Source of the DNA: Vibrio vulnificus CMCP6
GTDB taxonomy: Bacteria > Pseudomonadota > Gammaproteobacteria > Enterobacterales > Vibrionaceae
NCBI RefSeq assembly: GCF_000039765.1
Contig: NC_004460.2
Coordinates: forward strand, 30,001-62,000
Length of the DNA: 32,000 nucleotides
Direction of reading: 5' to 3'
The notes below the pieces were generated by a model that made no database searches, was not told where the DNA came from, and saw nothing but the letters and a program-made list of their open reading frames with translations. The position numbers were made by a program, and so were the translations under genes. Within the stretch, counting starts at the first letter, position 1. Each line of letters starts with the position of its first letter. Shown here piece by piece: positions 18,480 through 27,564 of this stretch.

Positions 18480-18588
18480 TGACCCTTTTTAAGCCGAGGG
18501 TCACCTAGCCAACTGACGTTGTTAGTGAACCTGATTGTTCACAAATATATACAGCCAATCACCTCTTATTGTGATTGGCTTTTTTTTT
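18480..18588 (+). ncRNA. qrr: Qrr quorum-regulatory small RNA
   Basis: TGACCCTTTTTAAGCCGAGGGTCACCTAGCCAACTGACGTTGTTAGTGAACCTGATTGTTCAC...AGCCAATCACCTCTTATTGTGATTGGCTTTTTTTT. It has the hallmark Qrr core CCTAGCCAACTGACGTTGTTAGTGAA, a 5' stem TGACCCT/AGGGTCA, a GTGAAC/GTTCAC stem and a terminal intrinsic terminator. Confidence 0.96.
18553..18588 (+). terminator. Intrinsic terminator of Qrr
   Basis: AGCCAATCAC-CTCTTATT-GTGATTGGCT followed by TTTTTTTT. Confidence 0.93.
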
Positions 18589-18661
18589 ATTCTCAATGTC
18601 ACCCAAATGGTTTGGTGCACAGTTTGGCGCAAACATTAGCTTGTTTGTGATGAGGTACTTC

Positions 18662-19201
18662 ATGAAACGTTGCTGTTTAACAACGCTTACTGCAGGCGCA
18701 TTATGTGCTGCGCCTGTTTATGCTCAAGGTTCTAAAGGGTGGGAGACGTTTAGTGACATCGGAGCGTACGGCTTGGTCGCCACCGCAGCGGCAGTACCAC
18801 TCTATAAAGACGATTGGCAAGGCTTTTGGCAAGCAGGGTTGAGTATTGGCACCGCGTCTGCCGTCGGTCTATTGGGAAAAGTGACCATTGAAGAAGAAAG
18901 GCCGGATAAATCAGGTTTTGATAGCTTTCCCTCTAATCATACCGCCAATGCATTTGCTTCCGCGACGACGCTGCAAATTCGCTACGGTTGGCAGGCGGGT
19001 TTGCCTGCCTACACGATTGCAACCTTGGTTGGCGTGGGGAGAGTGGAGGCTAAGAGGCACTACTGGCGTGATGTGATCGCAGGTGCTGCTTTAGGCACGC
19101 TGTCAGCGTGGATCTTTACTGACGCCTACGATGAAAATATCCAAGTGCTGCCATGGGTGAGCCATGATGGCGCAGGTATCCATATTGCTTATCAGTTCTA
19201 A
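18662..19201 (+). CDS. PAP2-family (type 2 phosphatidic acid) phosphatase, exported
   Basis: 'KVTIEEERPDKSGFDSFPSNHTANAFASAT' (KXXXXXXRP and PSGH-like PSNH) and 'VGVGRVEAKRHYWRDVIAGAALG' (SRXXXXXHXXXD-type). The track start at 18575 lies inside the Qrr terminator, so the start is more likely 18662 (or 18650). Confidence 0.88.
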   Translation: MKRCCLTTLTAGALCAAPVYAQGSKGWETFSDIGAYGLVATAAAVPLYKDDWQGFWQAGLSIGTASAVGLLGKVTIEEERPDKSGFDSFPSNHTANAFASATTLQIRYGWQAGLPAYTIATLVGVGRVEAKRHYWRDVIAGAALGTLSAWIFTDAYDENIQVLPWVSHDGAGIHIAYQF

Positions 19202-19270
19202 ATGAGGGTTTAACCCCAAGCTCTGAATCCGGCACCTTGAAGTCACTTGGGCATATCTACAAGAGTTGGT

Positions 19271-19305
19271 AAAAAGGGCGATTGGTGTTGCCAATCGCCC
19301 TTTTT
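19271..19305. terminator. Bidirectional intrinsic terminator between convergent genes
   Basis: AAAAAGGGCGATTGG-TGTTG-CCAATCGCCCTTTTT, a perfect 15-bp stem with A and T tracts. Confidence 0.93.
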
Positions 19306-19312
19306 GTGTGAT

Positions 19313-20311
19313 TTATGCGTGAATCAATCTCACCACAAGTGCGCCTGCAGCGCGCATGGATTCAATATTGTGACTGAGCACGATACCGGCTTTCGGCGCG
19401 TGATAACGCCAAACTTCATCACCGAAGCTGTCGTATTGAATCGCCAGCAGCGCTCCTTGTTCGACCGATTGCATCATCGCCACTTGTGGGAGGATAAAGC
19501 CACCGAGCTCGGCGCGAATAGAGGTCACGCTTTGCCCTTCAAAAGCCGGCTTAGGTGCGATGCTATCGCCTTGGATGACGTTATGATGTCTCAGAATATT
19601 GGCGATACCAGAAGCGGTGCGAGCAACCAAGTCGCTTTCGGTATAACGCCCCATGCCCACTTCAATGGTGATGCTTGGGATACCATGCTGATTCCATACC
19701 GTTTCCAATACGCCCGCGTCGCCAGGATCATTCAAAATCGCATCGGGCCCTGCAAGGCGCGCCATTTCCAATGATTGAGCAAGACGAAAATCGGCGAAAA
19801 TATACAGTGGGTAGATAGCGCCACTGGTTTGAGTGTGTAAATCGATCGCCAGTTCAGCATTGGGCTTTAATAAATGGTGCCAAATAGCGTGCAGATAGCG
19901 CTGTGCTTCATTACCTTTGTCGTCACCCGGAAAAAAGCGGTTTAGATTCGCAGGAGAAACATCTGGATCGGCAGAGTAAAAATCGCGGCTGTGATTGAGC
20001 ATGCCCGTTAGATTAATGGTTGGCACGATGGTCACGCAGCCTGCCATAGACTGGCCCACTAAATCGCGTGCAACCTGCTGGGCCGCCAGCACGCCATTGT
20101 ATTCATCACCATGAACACCAGCGGTAATGACAAACTTCTTCCCTGATTCGGTGCCTTTGAAAACGAGGACAGGCATGTGTTGCCACTGACCAAGTGCATT
20201 GGTTGCAATGCGGAACCAAAATTTGTGCTCTCCCGCGGGAAGATCATCCACGTTGAGAGATTGGATTACTTGGTGACTTTGAATAACGTCATCTAAGTAG
20301 TGTGTTGTCAT
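19313..20311 (-). CDS. M14-type succinylglutamate desuccinylase/aspartoacylase family protein
   Basis: 332 aa; 'VITAGVHGDEYNGVLAAQ', 'NLNRFFPG', 'AELAIDLHT', 'ITIEVGM'. Confidence 0.88.
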   Translation of the reverse strand: MTTHYLDDVIQSHQVIQSLNVDDLPAGEHKFWFRIATNALGQWQHMPVLVFKGTESGKKFVITAGVHGDEYNGVLAAQQVARDLVGQSMAGCVTIVPTINLTGMLNHSRDFYSADPDVSPANLNRFFPGDDKGNEAQRYLHAIWHHLLKPNAELAIDLHTQTSGAIYPLYIFADFRLAQSLEMARLAGPDAILNDPGDAGVLETVWNQHGIPSITIEVGMGRYTESDLVARTASGIANILRHHNVIQGDSIAPKPAFEGQSVTSIRAELGGFILPQVAMMQSVEQGALLAIQYDSFGDEVWRYHAPKAGIVLSHNIESMRAAGALVVRLIHA

Positions 20312-20374
20312 GAAACGGTAAACTCCAAATTAGTCATCACTCGCGAGCGTTACTCAATCGCCACGGAGCAAAAT

Positions 20375-20402
20375 TAAAAAAAGGCGAGAATGGATCTCGC
20401 CC
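20375..20402 (-). terminator. Intrinsic terminator downstream of the YfcC-type permease gene
   Basis: Minus strand GGCGAGA-TCCATTC-/TCTCGCC followed by TTTTTTT (plus strand AAAAAAAGGCGAGAATGGATCTCGCC). Confidence 0.75.
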
Positions 20403-20467
20403 TTATCAATTGGGATGGCTAAGCCCAGCCGTCTTTTTGCCGACTGGCTTGCAACAAACGGTTTTGC

Positions 20468-22012
20468 TTACGCAAAGCCCATCAAATGCGCTGCGACCAC
20501 AACAATGCTCGATAGAGTAAAGAGTAACAGCATAAAGCGCCAGCAGAATTTCGCCCAGTCACCCCAGTCAATGCGGCATACGCCCAGCGTCGCCATGAGA
20601 GAGGCTGAAGTTGGCACAATCACGTTGGTAAACCCATCACCAAGTTGGAATGCCAGTACCGCGACCTGACGAGTAACTCCCGCGATGTCTGACAGTGGTG
20701 ATAGCAATGGCATGGTGAGTGCCGCTTGGCCAGAACCTGACGTCACAAAGAAGTTGAACACCGATTGGAATACGTACATTAACCACGCGGCCATCACATC
20801 AGGCAGACCGCTGATCACACCGCCAGCACTGTTGAGAATAGAGTTTAGGACGCTCGCTTCATCTGTAGTACCGCCACCAAGAATCAACAATACGCCTTTT
20901 GCGCAGCCAACCAACAGAGCGGGGGCAAGCATGATGCTCGCGCCTTCTTTAAACGCGTCTGCGGCATCATTAAGAGTCATGCCATTGAGACGGAAAACAG
21001 TACCAATAATGGCAACGACAAAACCCATGGTGAAGAACTGCGAAGCAATTTCAGGAATATACCAAGCATGCACGACCACGCCCCATACTACCCAAATGGT
21101 GACCGCAATCACCGTGAGAATCACCAGCGTATCACCTAGGTTCCAACGCGAGTCATGGCTTCCTAACTCTTGCTGACGGAAATAGGCATCGGTACGACGG
21201 CTGTAGGAAAATTCTGGATTGGCCTTGATGCGCGCCGCGTAGATCATGGTGAAAGCAATACCAATTAGCGTGAAACCTACCCATAGCGCCATACGTACAG
21301 TCATGCCTGAAAGCACGGGAATGCCGGCAATCCCTTGGGCAATAGCCACGGAAAATGGGTTCATCCAAGAGGTGGCGAAACCAATTTGTGTCGCAACGTA
21401 AGTGACCATCACGGTGGTAATACCGTCGTAACCCAGTCTCACCATCAAAGGCGCGATGATAATGGCGAACGCAACGGCTTCTTCGCCCATACCAAACACG
21501 GCACCACCAAGTGAAAACAACAAAAACAGCACAGGAATGAATAAAGCCTCACTCCCTTTGGTTTTATCGATCAGGCGCAGAATGCCATTGTCGATTGTAC
21601 CCGTGCGCATCACAACACCGAACGCACCACCAATCACCAGCATAAACATGATGACGCCAATCGCGCTGCCCCATTTTGAGCCAGAAACCAGCCCTTCAAA
21701 TGGGAAGTTCATCAAGCCAATGCCACCGCCAGAGGCGAAAAGCCCCACACGGTTGTAGACCAGTTCGCCCTGTTCATCGGTGGCATAGCTGAAAGAGGAT
21801 GGGTCGATAACGGTGCGTGTTTTTTCTGCACCATCAACCATATAGCTAACTTGTTGGCTGTCGAAGTGACCCGCAGGAATAAGATAAGTAAGAATGGCTG
21901 CGAAAATACCAACAATAAAAATCAGAATAAGCGTATCTGGCATTTGCCAAGATTTCTTGCTCACGGCTGCGTCAACCGAGTGAGAATGTGTGTGAGACAT
22001 GTCTGTTTTCAC
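20468..22012 (-). CDS. YfcC family permease (C4-dicarboxylate/arginine-ornithine antiporter-like superfamily)
   Basis: 514 aa, multi-pass; 'MPDTLILIFIVGIFAAILTYLIPAGHFD', 'GGAFGVVMRTGTIDNGI', 'FSLGGAVFGMGEEAVAFAIIIAPLMVRLGYDGITTVMVTYVATQIGFATSWMNPFSVAIAQGIAG'. Confidence 0.87.
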   Translation of the reverse strand: MKTDMSHTHSHSVDAAVSKKSWQMPDTLILIFIVGIFAAILTYLIPAGHFDSQQVSYMVDGAEKTRTVIDPSSFSYATDEQGELVYNRVGLFASGGGIGLMNFPFEGLVSGSKWGSAIGVIMFMLVIGGAFGVVMRTGTIDNGILRLIDKTKGSEALFIPVLFLLFSLGGAVFGMGEEAVAFAIIIAPLMVRLGYDGITTVMVTYVATQIGFATSWMNPFSVAIAQGIAGIPVLSGMTVRMALWVGFTLIGIAFTMIYAARIKANPEFSYSRRTDAYFRQQELGSHDSRWNLGDTLVILTVIAVTIWVVWGVVVHAWYIPEIASQFFTMGFVVAIIGTVFRLNGMTLNDAADAFKEGASIMLAPALLVGCAKGVLLILGGGTTDEASVLNSILNSAGGVISGLPDVMAAWLMYVFQSVFNFFVTSGSGQAALTMPLLSPLSDIAGVTRQVAVLAFQLGDGFTNVIVPTSASLMATLGVCRIDWGDWAKFCWRFMLLLFTLSSIVVVAAHLMGFA

Positions 22013-22237
22013 GTTAAGTTAAAGGAGAATGGAATATCATTAAATTAGAATAAAAAGTCAAACCATCTGCCTTTTGTAAACACAATATTCGACAATTTAT
22101 TGATCTAAAGACAAATAGTTCGTGTGGCACGAATTAAATGGATGTATCAAAATGCGCAAATCATCACCGTCATTTATTGAACAAATACTCAAATAATGCG
22201 TATAGTGGTTTGGTCAGCATTTATAAGGAGTAGGCGC

Positions 22238-23719
22238 ATGGAGTTAAAACAGCGATTGAGTCAACAGCTCAAAGAAAGTCGCGATGCGTTTCTAAGAAAC
22301 CCATACCCCACCTACCAAAAAAGACTCGAGAACCTCAACAAACTTGAATCGCTCATCAAAGCGCATCAAGCCGAGATCATCTATGCCATCGAACAAGACT
22401 TTGGTACTCGTTCAATCAGTGAAACGGGATTACTCGAGCTGTTTACCAGTATTGAAACCATTCGAGATGCAAAAAAACAACTTAAGAAATGGATGAAGCC
22501 AAGCCATCGACATACCTCTGTCTGGTTTTTTCCTGCTAAAAACAGAGTTGTTCCTCAGCCGTTAGGTGTGGTGGGCGTGATTGTGCCTTGGAACTATCCG
22601 CTGATGCTCACCATTGGTCCGCTGGTTGCGGCGCTGGCGGCAGGAAATCGCGTGATGCTCAAAATGTCGCAAAATTCACCTCATTTAGCTCAGTTGTTGG
22701 TCGAGCTGTTTGAAGCGCAGTTTAATCGTGATGAAGTGGCCATTTACGCGGACGAAGCCGAGATGGGGCCAGAGTTTTCTAAGCTCAAGTTCGACCATTT
22801 ACTGTTTACTGGCTCAACGAAAACGGGACGCGCGGTGATGCAATCCGCAGCCAATAATTTGGTGCCAGTGACTTTAGAGCTGGGTGGAAAATCCCCAGTG
22901 ATCTTAGATGAAAAATTTGATGTGAAGATCGCACTAGAACGCTTGCTTGGTGGCAAATTGTATAACTGTGGCCAAACGTGTATCGCGCCTGACTATCTGT
23001 TTGTGCCTCAATCTCGATTGAACGAAGTCGTCGAAACCACCAAAGCCATCATGGCGAAACGCTTTCGCACAATTCAACATCAAGATTACACCTCGATTAT
23101 CGATGCCAATGCCTTTGAGCGTTTAACGCACCTGCTCAGCGACGCTAAGGAAAAAGGCGCGAAGCTCATCAACTGTATTCCAGATTCTGAACCAGAGCGA
23201 GGCAGTCGAAAACTGCCATTTTATCTAGTGACGGAGGTGGAGAGCGACATGGCAGTGATGCAAGAAGAGATCTTTGGACCGATACTGCCTATCATCACTT
23301 ATCAACATATTGACGAGGTGTTCCATTACATTGCTCAGAGGCCGCGTCCTTTGGCGTTATACCTCTTTAGTGAGGATAAGTGGTTACAGAAAAAGTTCAC
23401 CCAAGAAACACTGTCTGGTGGTTTGTGTATCAACGACGTCATGCTGCATGTCGCACAACACGACTTGCCGTTTGGTGGTGTCGGTGAGAGTGGCATGGGG
23501 CATTATCATGGTCGAGAAGGCTTTAACACCTTTTCGAAGTTAAAGCCCGTGATGACTCAATCTCGGTTTGCTCTCACACCACTGTTTTATTCCCCTTACA
23601 GCGGTTTCGCAAAATCGATTCTTAATGTCATGATCAACCGAAAGATTGGCAATTATGAGTCGGCCATTCAGCAGAAACTAACGAGTTTGCTGCGCATAAT
23701 AGGCCGCGACGTCTCTTAA
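22238..23719 (+). CDS. Aldehyde dehydrogenase, coniferyl-aldehyde dehydrogenase-like
   Basis: 'GVVGVIVPWNYPLMLTIGPLVAALAAGNRVMLKMSQ', 'FTGSTKTG', 'VTLELGGKSPVI', 'LYNCGQTCIAPDYLFVP'. The start at ATG 22238 (MELKQRLSQ) has a GGAG-type site upstream; the track start at 22196 is less likely. Confidence 0.9.
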   Translation: MELKQRLSQQLKESRDAFLRNPYPTYQKRLENLNKLESLIKAHQAEIIYAIEQDFGTRSISETGLLELFTSIETIRDAKKQLKKWMKPSHRHTSVWFFPAKNRVVPQPLGVVGVIVPWNYPLMLTIGPLVAALAAGNRVMLKMSQNSPHLAQLLVELFEAQFNRDEVAIYADEAEMGPEFSKLKFDHLLFTGSTKTGRAVMQSAANNLVPVTLELGGKSPVILDEKFDVKIALERLLGGKLYNCGQTCIAPDYLFVPQSRLNEVVETTKAIMAKRFRTIQHQDYTSIIDANAFERLTHLLSDAKEKGAKLINCIPDSEPERGSRKLPFYLVTEVESDMAVMQEEIFGPILPIITYQHIDEVFHYIAQRPRPLALYLFSEDKWLQKKFTQETLSGGLCINDVMLHVAQHDLPFGGVGESGMGHYHGREGFNTFSKLKPVMTQSRFALTPLFYSPYSGFAKSILNVMINRKIGNYESAIQQKLTSLLRIIGRDVS

Positions 23720-23998
23720 GTCTTGGTCATTCAGGCGTTGTAATTGTGCCTGCATCATATCGGCTAGTGGACCTGTCCGTTGGCCGTTTTGATAGCTTTT
23801 CATGGAATCAAACAGATATTGTTCGTTTTGGCCTGCCAGATGCGGGTAAGCATTATTGGCCGCTACGCCAGATGCGCCGTGGCAAAAGACGCAACTTGGA
23901 CTTTTGACTTTGCCGAGTTCAGGATTACCTTGAAGAGCGTTTGCGTGAGCGGTGAAGGTGAAAGCAGTGGCGACTAGGCACAGAATTGGTCTTAACAT
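23678..23998 (-). CDS. Small periplasmic c-type cytochrome
   Basis: 106 aa, signal peptide, CVFCH heme motif, 'GVAANNAYPHLAGQNEQYLFDSMKSYQNGQR' and 'LNDQDLRDVAAYYA' typical of class I cytochrome c. Confidence 0.92.
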   Translation of the reverse strand: MLRPILCLVATAFTFTAHANALQGNPELGKVKSPSCVFCHGASGVAANNAYPHLAGQNEQYLFDSMKSYQNGQRTGPLADMMQAQLQRLNDQDLRDVAAYYAQQTR

Positions 23999-24070
23999 GG
24001 CGGCTCCAAACTAAACGTGTTGTGTCGCAGCATAGAGCTTCCCCTAAGGGGAAGCTCAAGAGTAAAGACG

Positions 24071-25078
24071 TTAGCCGAGGAAGAATCGCAACTTTTCTAG
24101 AAATAGATCAATATCTTGGCGAGAAATATCTTTGTGAGTCACAAAACGAATCGGATTTCCTGGGGTAATGATGATCGATTCTTCCGCCAATTTTTGCGCA
24201 ATCGCGTTGATGTCGACATTGTCATCCAGTTTGGCAAACACAATGTTTGTTTGCACGAAATCAGGATTGACATGCACACCTGGCAACTCAGACAAACCCT
24301 GCGCTAATGCTTTGGCATTGGCATGATCGACTTTTAACTGAGCTACTTGTTCGGTCAAAGCAAGCTTACCCGCTGCGGCTAAAATACCCGCTTGGCGCAT
24401 ACCGCCACCGACCATTTTGCGTAAACGTCGTGCTTTTGCGATGTATTCTTTAGAACCCAGCAGCAGAGAACCCACCGGAGCGCCTAATCCTTTGGAAAGA
24501 CAAATGGTCATTGAATCAAAATACTGAGCGATGTCTCTTACTGGAACATCCAACGCCGTTGCTGCGTTATAAACACGAGCACCATCAAGATGGAGTTTTA
24601 GATTGTGTTTATCGACGAAAGCGCGTGCCTCTTGCAAATAGCTCAAAGGCAGCACTTTACCATTGATGGTATTTTCAAGGCTCAGCAGCTTAGTGCGCGC
24701 AAAGTGGCTGTCATCGGGTTTGATGGCGGCGGCTAGCTTGTCAAACGGTAAAGTGCCATCGGGATTGTTCTCAACCGGTTGAGGTTGGATGGAACCTAAT
24801 ACTGCCGCGCCTCCAGCCTCGTAACGATAGTTATGCGCTTGTTGGCCACAAAGATACTCGTCACCGCGTTCACAATGCGCCATCAAACCTAGCAGGTTTG
24901 CTTGCGTACCTGAAGTAGTAAAGAGCGCCGCTTCAAAGCCGGCTTCTTTGGCGGCAAAAGCTTCCAGCTCATTTACGGTTGGGTCATCACCGTAAACATC
25001 ATCGCCGACGATGGCGTTAGCCATGGCTTCGCGCATGGCGGGAGTAGGGCGAGTTACGGTGTCAGAACGAAAATCCAT
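24071..25078 (-). CDS. ltaE: Low-specificity L-threonine aldolase
   Basis: 335 aa; 'MDFRSDTVTRPTPAMREAMANAIVGDDVYGDDPTVNELE', 'LHLDGARVYNAA', 'MTICLSKGLGAPVGSLLLG'. Confidence 0.95.
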   Translation of the reverse strand: MDFRSDTVTRPTPAMREAMANAIVGDDVYGDDPTVNELEAFAAKEAGFEAALFTTSGTQANLLGLMAHCERGDEYLCGQQAHNYRYEAGGAAVLGSIQPQPVENNPDGTLPFDKLAAAIKPDDSHFARTKLLSLENTINGKVLPLSYLQEARAFVDKHNLKLHLDGARVYNAATALDVPVRDIAQYFDSMTICLSKGLGAPVGSLLLGSKEYIAKARRLRKMVGGGMRQAGILAAAGKLALTEQVAQLKVDHANAKALAQGLSELPGVHVNPDFVQTNIVFAKLDDNVDINAIAQKLAEESIIITPGNPIRFVTHKDISRQDIDLFLEKLRFFLG

Positions 25079-25096
25079 AGTGTCTCCTCATGTTGG

Positions 25097-25612
25097 CTAT
25101 ATATAGCCGCAAAGCTTGGCTTTGCTTAAGCAAGCAATGGTTTTGGCGTCGCTAATGCTGCCATCTCTTATTTTTTCTTCGAGTTGTTCAAGGGATAAGC
25201 TGACCACTTGAATCACTTCATCTTCATCGCATTGATAGCGATTGGTTTGTGTCAGTTTCTTGGCCACAAACAAATATTGAATTTCGTCGCAAAATCCCGC
25301 AAGCGGTGTGACTTGGCCTAACGAGATAAACTCCTCTGCGCTGTAGCCGGTTTCTTCTTCCAGCTCACGTTCTGCACAGTGTTGAGGATCTTCACCTTGT
25401 TCTTTGGTGCCAGCAGGGAGTTCTAGTAACCATTTTTTTAGGGAAGGACGAAATTGATTAATCAGTATGATGTTGCCCTCTTCCGTGACGGGAAGGATGA
25501 CAGAGGCGCCCGGGTGTTGAATCGTTGTGTGCGCGATGGCATGTCCGGTCGGGAGTAGCACCTCTTCTTCTATTAGGGCGATGTTTTTCCATTTATGTAT
25601 GACGGTGCTCAT
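25097..25612 (-). CDS. NUDIX hydrolase (ADP-ribose pyrophosphatase-like)
   Basis: Nudix box-like 'GTKEQGEDPQHCAERELEEETGYSAEE', 'PGASVILPVTEEGNIILINQFRPSLKKWLLELPAG'. Confidence 0.92.
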   Translation of the reverse strand: MSTVIHKWKNIALIEEEVLLPTGHAIAHTTIQHPGASVILPVTEEGNIILINQFRPSLKKWLLELPAGTKEQGEDPQHCAERELEEETGYSAEEFISLGQVTPLAGFCDEIQYLFVAKKLTQTNRYQCDEDEVIQVVSLSLEQLEEKIRDGSISDAKTIACLSKAKLCGYI

Positions 25613-25887
25613 AGATGTGTCATTTTCCTAGCTAACTGTCTCATGATGAGAAGTCAACAAGATACGCACAAAAGCCGATAAACGAAAGTTCTTATTAGAG
25701 AACTGCCCAGATATCGTTTGCGTAATCAGTGATTTTTCTCCCATAATTGCAATCTTTGTTTGCTGCGGAACACTGAAAAATCAGTTCTGCTATAAGAGCT
25801 TGTCAATAAAAAATGCACTTGTAACAAAGTGATAACAAATGTATAAAAGTACGTATACCATAACTGAAGAGAATTAGGAGTAACGTA

Positions 25888-27555
25888 ATGATTCGCCCTT
25901 CTTTTGCGTCTAATGCAGATAAAGCGTTACTTTCTGAAAGAATTAACAAATTGTCGGCCGCGTTAGCCGACGGCGTGTATGAAAGAGAGTACACCATTAA
26001 ACTCTGTTTGCTGGCGGCATTAGCTGGTGAAAGTGTTTTCTTACTTGGCCCTCCTGGTATTGCAAAAAGTTTAATCGCTAAACGCCTTATTCAAGCCTTT
26101 GATAACAGTAGTTATTTCGAATACTTAATGACTCGCTTTTCAACCCCTGAAGAGGTGTTTGGTCCGCTCAGTATCCAAGAGCTCAAAGATAACGGGCGTT
26201 ACGTCCGTTTGACAAAAGGCTACCTACCCACTGCGCAAGTGGTGTTTCTTGATGAGATTTGGAAAGCAGGTCCTGCCATTTTGAACACCTTGCTGACCGT
26301 GGTGAATGAGAAAACATTCAAAAACGGCAGCGATATTGAACGTGTTCCAATGCGTTTGCTTATCTCGGCTTCCAATGAATTGCCTGACGAAGACAGCGGC
26401 CTAGAAGCACTTTATGACCGTATGTTGGTGCGCGTGTTTGTTAACCGTATTCAGAACAAACAGAATTTTAAATCGATGCTGACGGTTGGCACACCGGAGG
26501 AAGCGCGTATTCCTGAAGGGCTTGCGATCACCGACGAAGAGTATCATCAGTGGCAGAAGGCTTTAGAGTCGCTGAAATTAAGCGATCGCGTGTTTGAAAA
26601 ACTGTTCCAACTGAAAACCATGCTGGAAGAGAAAGCAGAAGCGGTGGGTGCTGATGTTGCGGAGACGGATCTCTACGTTTCTGACCGACGTTGGAAAAAA
26701 GCCGTGCGTTTACTCAAAGCCAGTGCGTTCTTTAATGGTCGCGACGAGATCAACCCTCTCGATTTGTTGCTGTTGCAAGATTGCTTGTGGAACAGCCCAG
26801 AGTCGCGTGAGGTCGTGACCTCGGTTATCCAAGAGTTTGCGCTTAACTACGCATTTGATCAAAAGGAAGTACAAAGTCAAATCGACTATTGCCGAGAAGA
26901 GTTGGCGGACATCCAACAAGAGCTGGAAGAGCAATATGGCATTGTGCTTTCGATGGAATCGTCGGCTGGTCTGCTGCGTAAGGGTAAAGAGGTGCATACT
27001 TTTGACACGTCAGAAGCTCGTATTTACAGCGTTGGCCCAACGCGCAACTTGGTCAAATTGGTGCTGCTACAAAGCAACATGTCTGTTTCTGAATCTGAAC
27101 GTGGTGATAGCCGCTGGGTGTACGTACAGAAAGATGAACTCGATCGAGTGATCAAAGAAGGTCAGGGCGAGCTTTACGGTTTCGTAAACCAAAACACCAA
27201 TTTATGTCGCTTGAAGTTTGATCTGGATGCATCCAACAACTTGGTGATCAGAGACATTGCCAACCGTGCGGTGTTGGTTAGCTTGGTGACTAAAGATGGT
27301 CTAAATGAAGAACATTACCAGAAATGGGCAGAAAAATGTGACAGCGCGTTCAGTAAGCTCACTGACGCAGAACACCATTTACGTAAGGTTCGCTCGGATT
27401 TCCACGGTGCGTTGCCGCACAACTTTATCGACCCTGAGTTACCAAGAATGATGGAAGCGACGATCCAACAGGTATCGCATACGTTGGAAAGTGTGAAAAG
27501 CGAGAGTGAGAAAACCATGTTCCGTATTAAACACCTCAACGAATACTTCTCGTAA
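25888..27555 (+). CDS. ravA: MoxR-family AAA+ ATPase RavA
   Basis: 555 aa; '[20 protein letters not shown]', '[72 protein letters not shown]'. Directly followed by viaA. Confidence 0.96.
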   Translation: MIRPSFASNADKALLSERINKLSAALADGVYEREYTIKLCLLAALAGESVFLLGPPGIAKSLIAKRLIQAFDNSSYFEYLMTRFSTPEEVFGPLSIQELKDNGRYVRLTKGYLPTAQVVFLDEIWKAGPAILNTLLTVVNEKTFKNGSDIERVPMRLLISASNELPDEDSGLEALYDRMLVRVFVNRIQNKQNFKSMLTVGTPEEARIPEGLAITDEEYHQWQKALESLKLSDRVFEKLFQLKTMLEEKAEAVGADVAETDLYVSDRRWKKAVRLLKASAFFNGRDEINPLDLLLLQDCLWNSPESREVVTSVIQEFALNYAFDQKEVQSQIDYCREELADIQQELEEQYGIVLSMESSAGLLRKGKEVHTFDTSEARIYSVGPTRNLVKLVLLQSNMSVSESERGDSRWVYVQKDELDRVIKEGQGELYGFVNQNTNLCRLKFDLDASNNLVIRDIANRAVLVSLVTKDGLNEEHYQKWAEKCDSAFSKLTDAEHHLRKVRSDFHGALPHNFIDPELPRMMEATIQQVSHTLESVKSESEKTMFRIKHLNEYFS

Positions 27556-27564
27556 GGAATTAAT

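Noticed and set aside
18157-18504. 115-aa minus-strand ORF overlapping yqfB and the qrr region
   Set aside because: It is antisense to the conserved yqfB gene and spans LuxO sites, the sigma54 promoter and the Qrr 5' end. The protein has no recognisable features.
18575-18661. Upstream start of the PAP2 ORF (MAFFLFSMSPKW...)
   Set aside because: This start lies in the stem and T-run of the Qrr terminator. A proper signal peptide begins at MKRCCLTT (18662).
20415-20669. 84-aa plus-strand ORF
   Set aside because: Mostly antisense to the permease C-terminus, with no motif and no ribosome-binding site apparent.
20685-21176. 163-aa plus-strand ORF, plus 21456-21758
   Set aside because: Both are antisense to the YfcC-type permease. 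Low-complexity Pro/Thr/Arg composition is typical of shadow ORFs of membrane protein genes.
24116-24307. 63-aa plus-strand ORF and other small ORFs inside ltaE, ravA and viaA
   Set aside because: All are antisense or alternate-frame within well-supported conserved genes.
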